From NCBI GenBank assembly GCA_000091205.1, contig AP006501.2: 64,000 bases of DNA; one strand, given 5' to 3'. The position numbers and the translations under genes were made by a program. Positions 63,601-64,000 of the stretch are shown one piece after another (position 1 is the stretch's first letter; each line of letters starts with the position of its first letter). Origin of the DNA: Cyanidioschyzon merolae (taxonomy: Eukaryota). The notes beneath the pieces were generated by a model. It did no database searches, was not told where the DNA came from, and saw only the letters and a program-made list of their open reading frames with translations.

Positions 63601-64000
63601 TTAGGTACGAAGGGAACACAATTCGCCAAGAATATAAGCAGAAATATATCGAAAATAACATGAAAAGAGCACTTTCTTTGTTCGGTTAAGATATTTGTGT
63701 GACAATGGAGACAACCTAGCACCGAAAAAGCAGCATTTAAGTACTGTGAGATGTTGAGAGAAGAAAACGGGAACAAAATATGGTGAAGAACGACACAAAC
63801 GAGAGCAACGAAAGCTCGCGGGCGATTCAGACCACGAGCGACAGCCGGGGCCCAAAAAATAGGAAACTACGAGGCGGTCACGCTAAAATGCATCGATAAT
63901 ACTGCGCGTACTGGAGTATCCAGGTGGCAACACACAGAAATATGATGAAAAAGATTCCCTTCGGACCAATCGCTAGAGACATTAATACTGGAATGGGGGG

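Noticed and set aside
1-64000. CRISPR arrays, prokaryotic operon structure, rRNA genes
   Set aside because: No short direct repeats with unique spacers were present. Genes carry eukaryotic features (presequences, SANT/ZZ/cyclin/MRH/Hint domains, divergent and convergent single genes). No 5S/18S/28S-like conserved strings were seen by eye.

Overview
This 64-kb window reads as nuclear DNA from a GC-rich, gene-dense, apparently intron-poor eukaryote. The ORF track labels GTG/TTG/CTG starts as M, so several gene starts below were moved to the first in-frame ATG. Single-exon genes sit on both strands roughly every 2–3 kb and encode ordinary eukaryotic housekeeping proteins. Conserved motifs in the translations support these calls: a Nop-domain (Prp31/Nop56/58-family) protein; a USP-type ubiquitin hydrolase; a TPT/nucleotide-sugar transporter; two paralogous GT25-like type-II membrane glycosyltransferases; a TDT/SLAC1-type anion/dicarboxylate transporter; an OS-9/Yos9 MRH-domain ERAD lectin; a TrhO(rhodanese)–family-3 O-methyltransferase fusion; a lunapark-like membrane protein; transcriptional adaptor ADA2; a 2,723-aa helical-repeat giant ORF; a ThiE/TenI-like enzyme; mitochondrial ribosomal protein mL43; cyclin H; an SLC25 mitochondrial carrier; mitochondrial EF-Tu; a UBC7/UBE2G-type E2; a light-dependent protochlorophyllide oxidoreductase (LPOR) homolog; a trefoil(P)-domain cysteine-rich protein; and a Kelch-propeller + Hint-domain (Hog) protein. 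The LPOR homolog, with an N-terminal extension bearing Phe near the start, suggests a photosynthetic, possibly red-alga-like host; that is inference only. The most unusual region is 50.8–57.9 kb. It holds a degraded Fanzor/TnpB-like (RuvC-III 'NRDFNSAINM') gene with an internal acidic tandem-repeat block and in-frame stops, bracketed by ~74-bp direct repeats. Next to it, two genes carry single-base homopolymer frameshifts (LPOR; trefoil gene) and the trefoil gene also has in-frame stops. Other points of interest are the TrhO–TrmR-like fusion, the Hog protein, two tandem-repeat arrays (82 bp x~5; 188 bp x4), duplicated upstream motifs, and AT-rich islands, notably 60.7–64 kb. No CRISPR array, rRNA or confidently recognisable tRNA was seen by eye.
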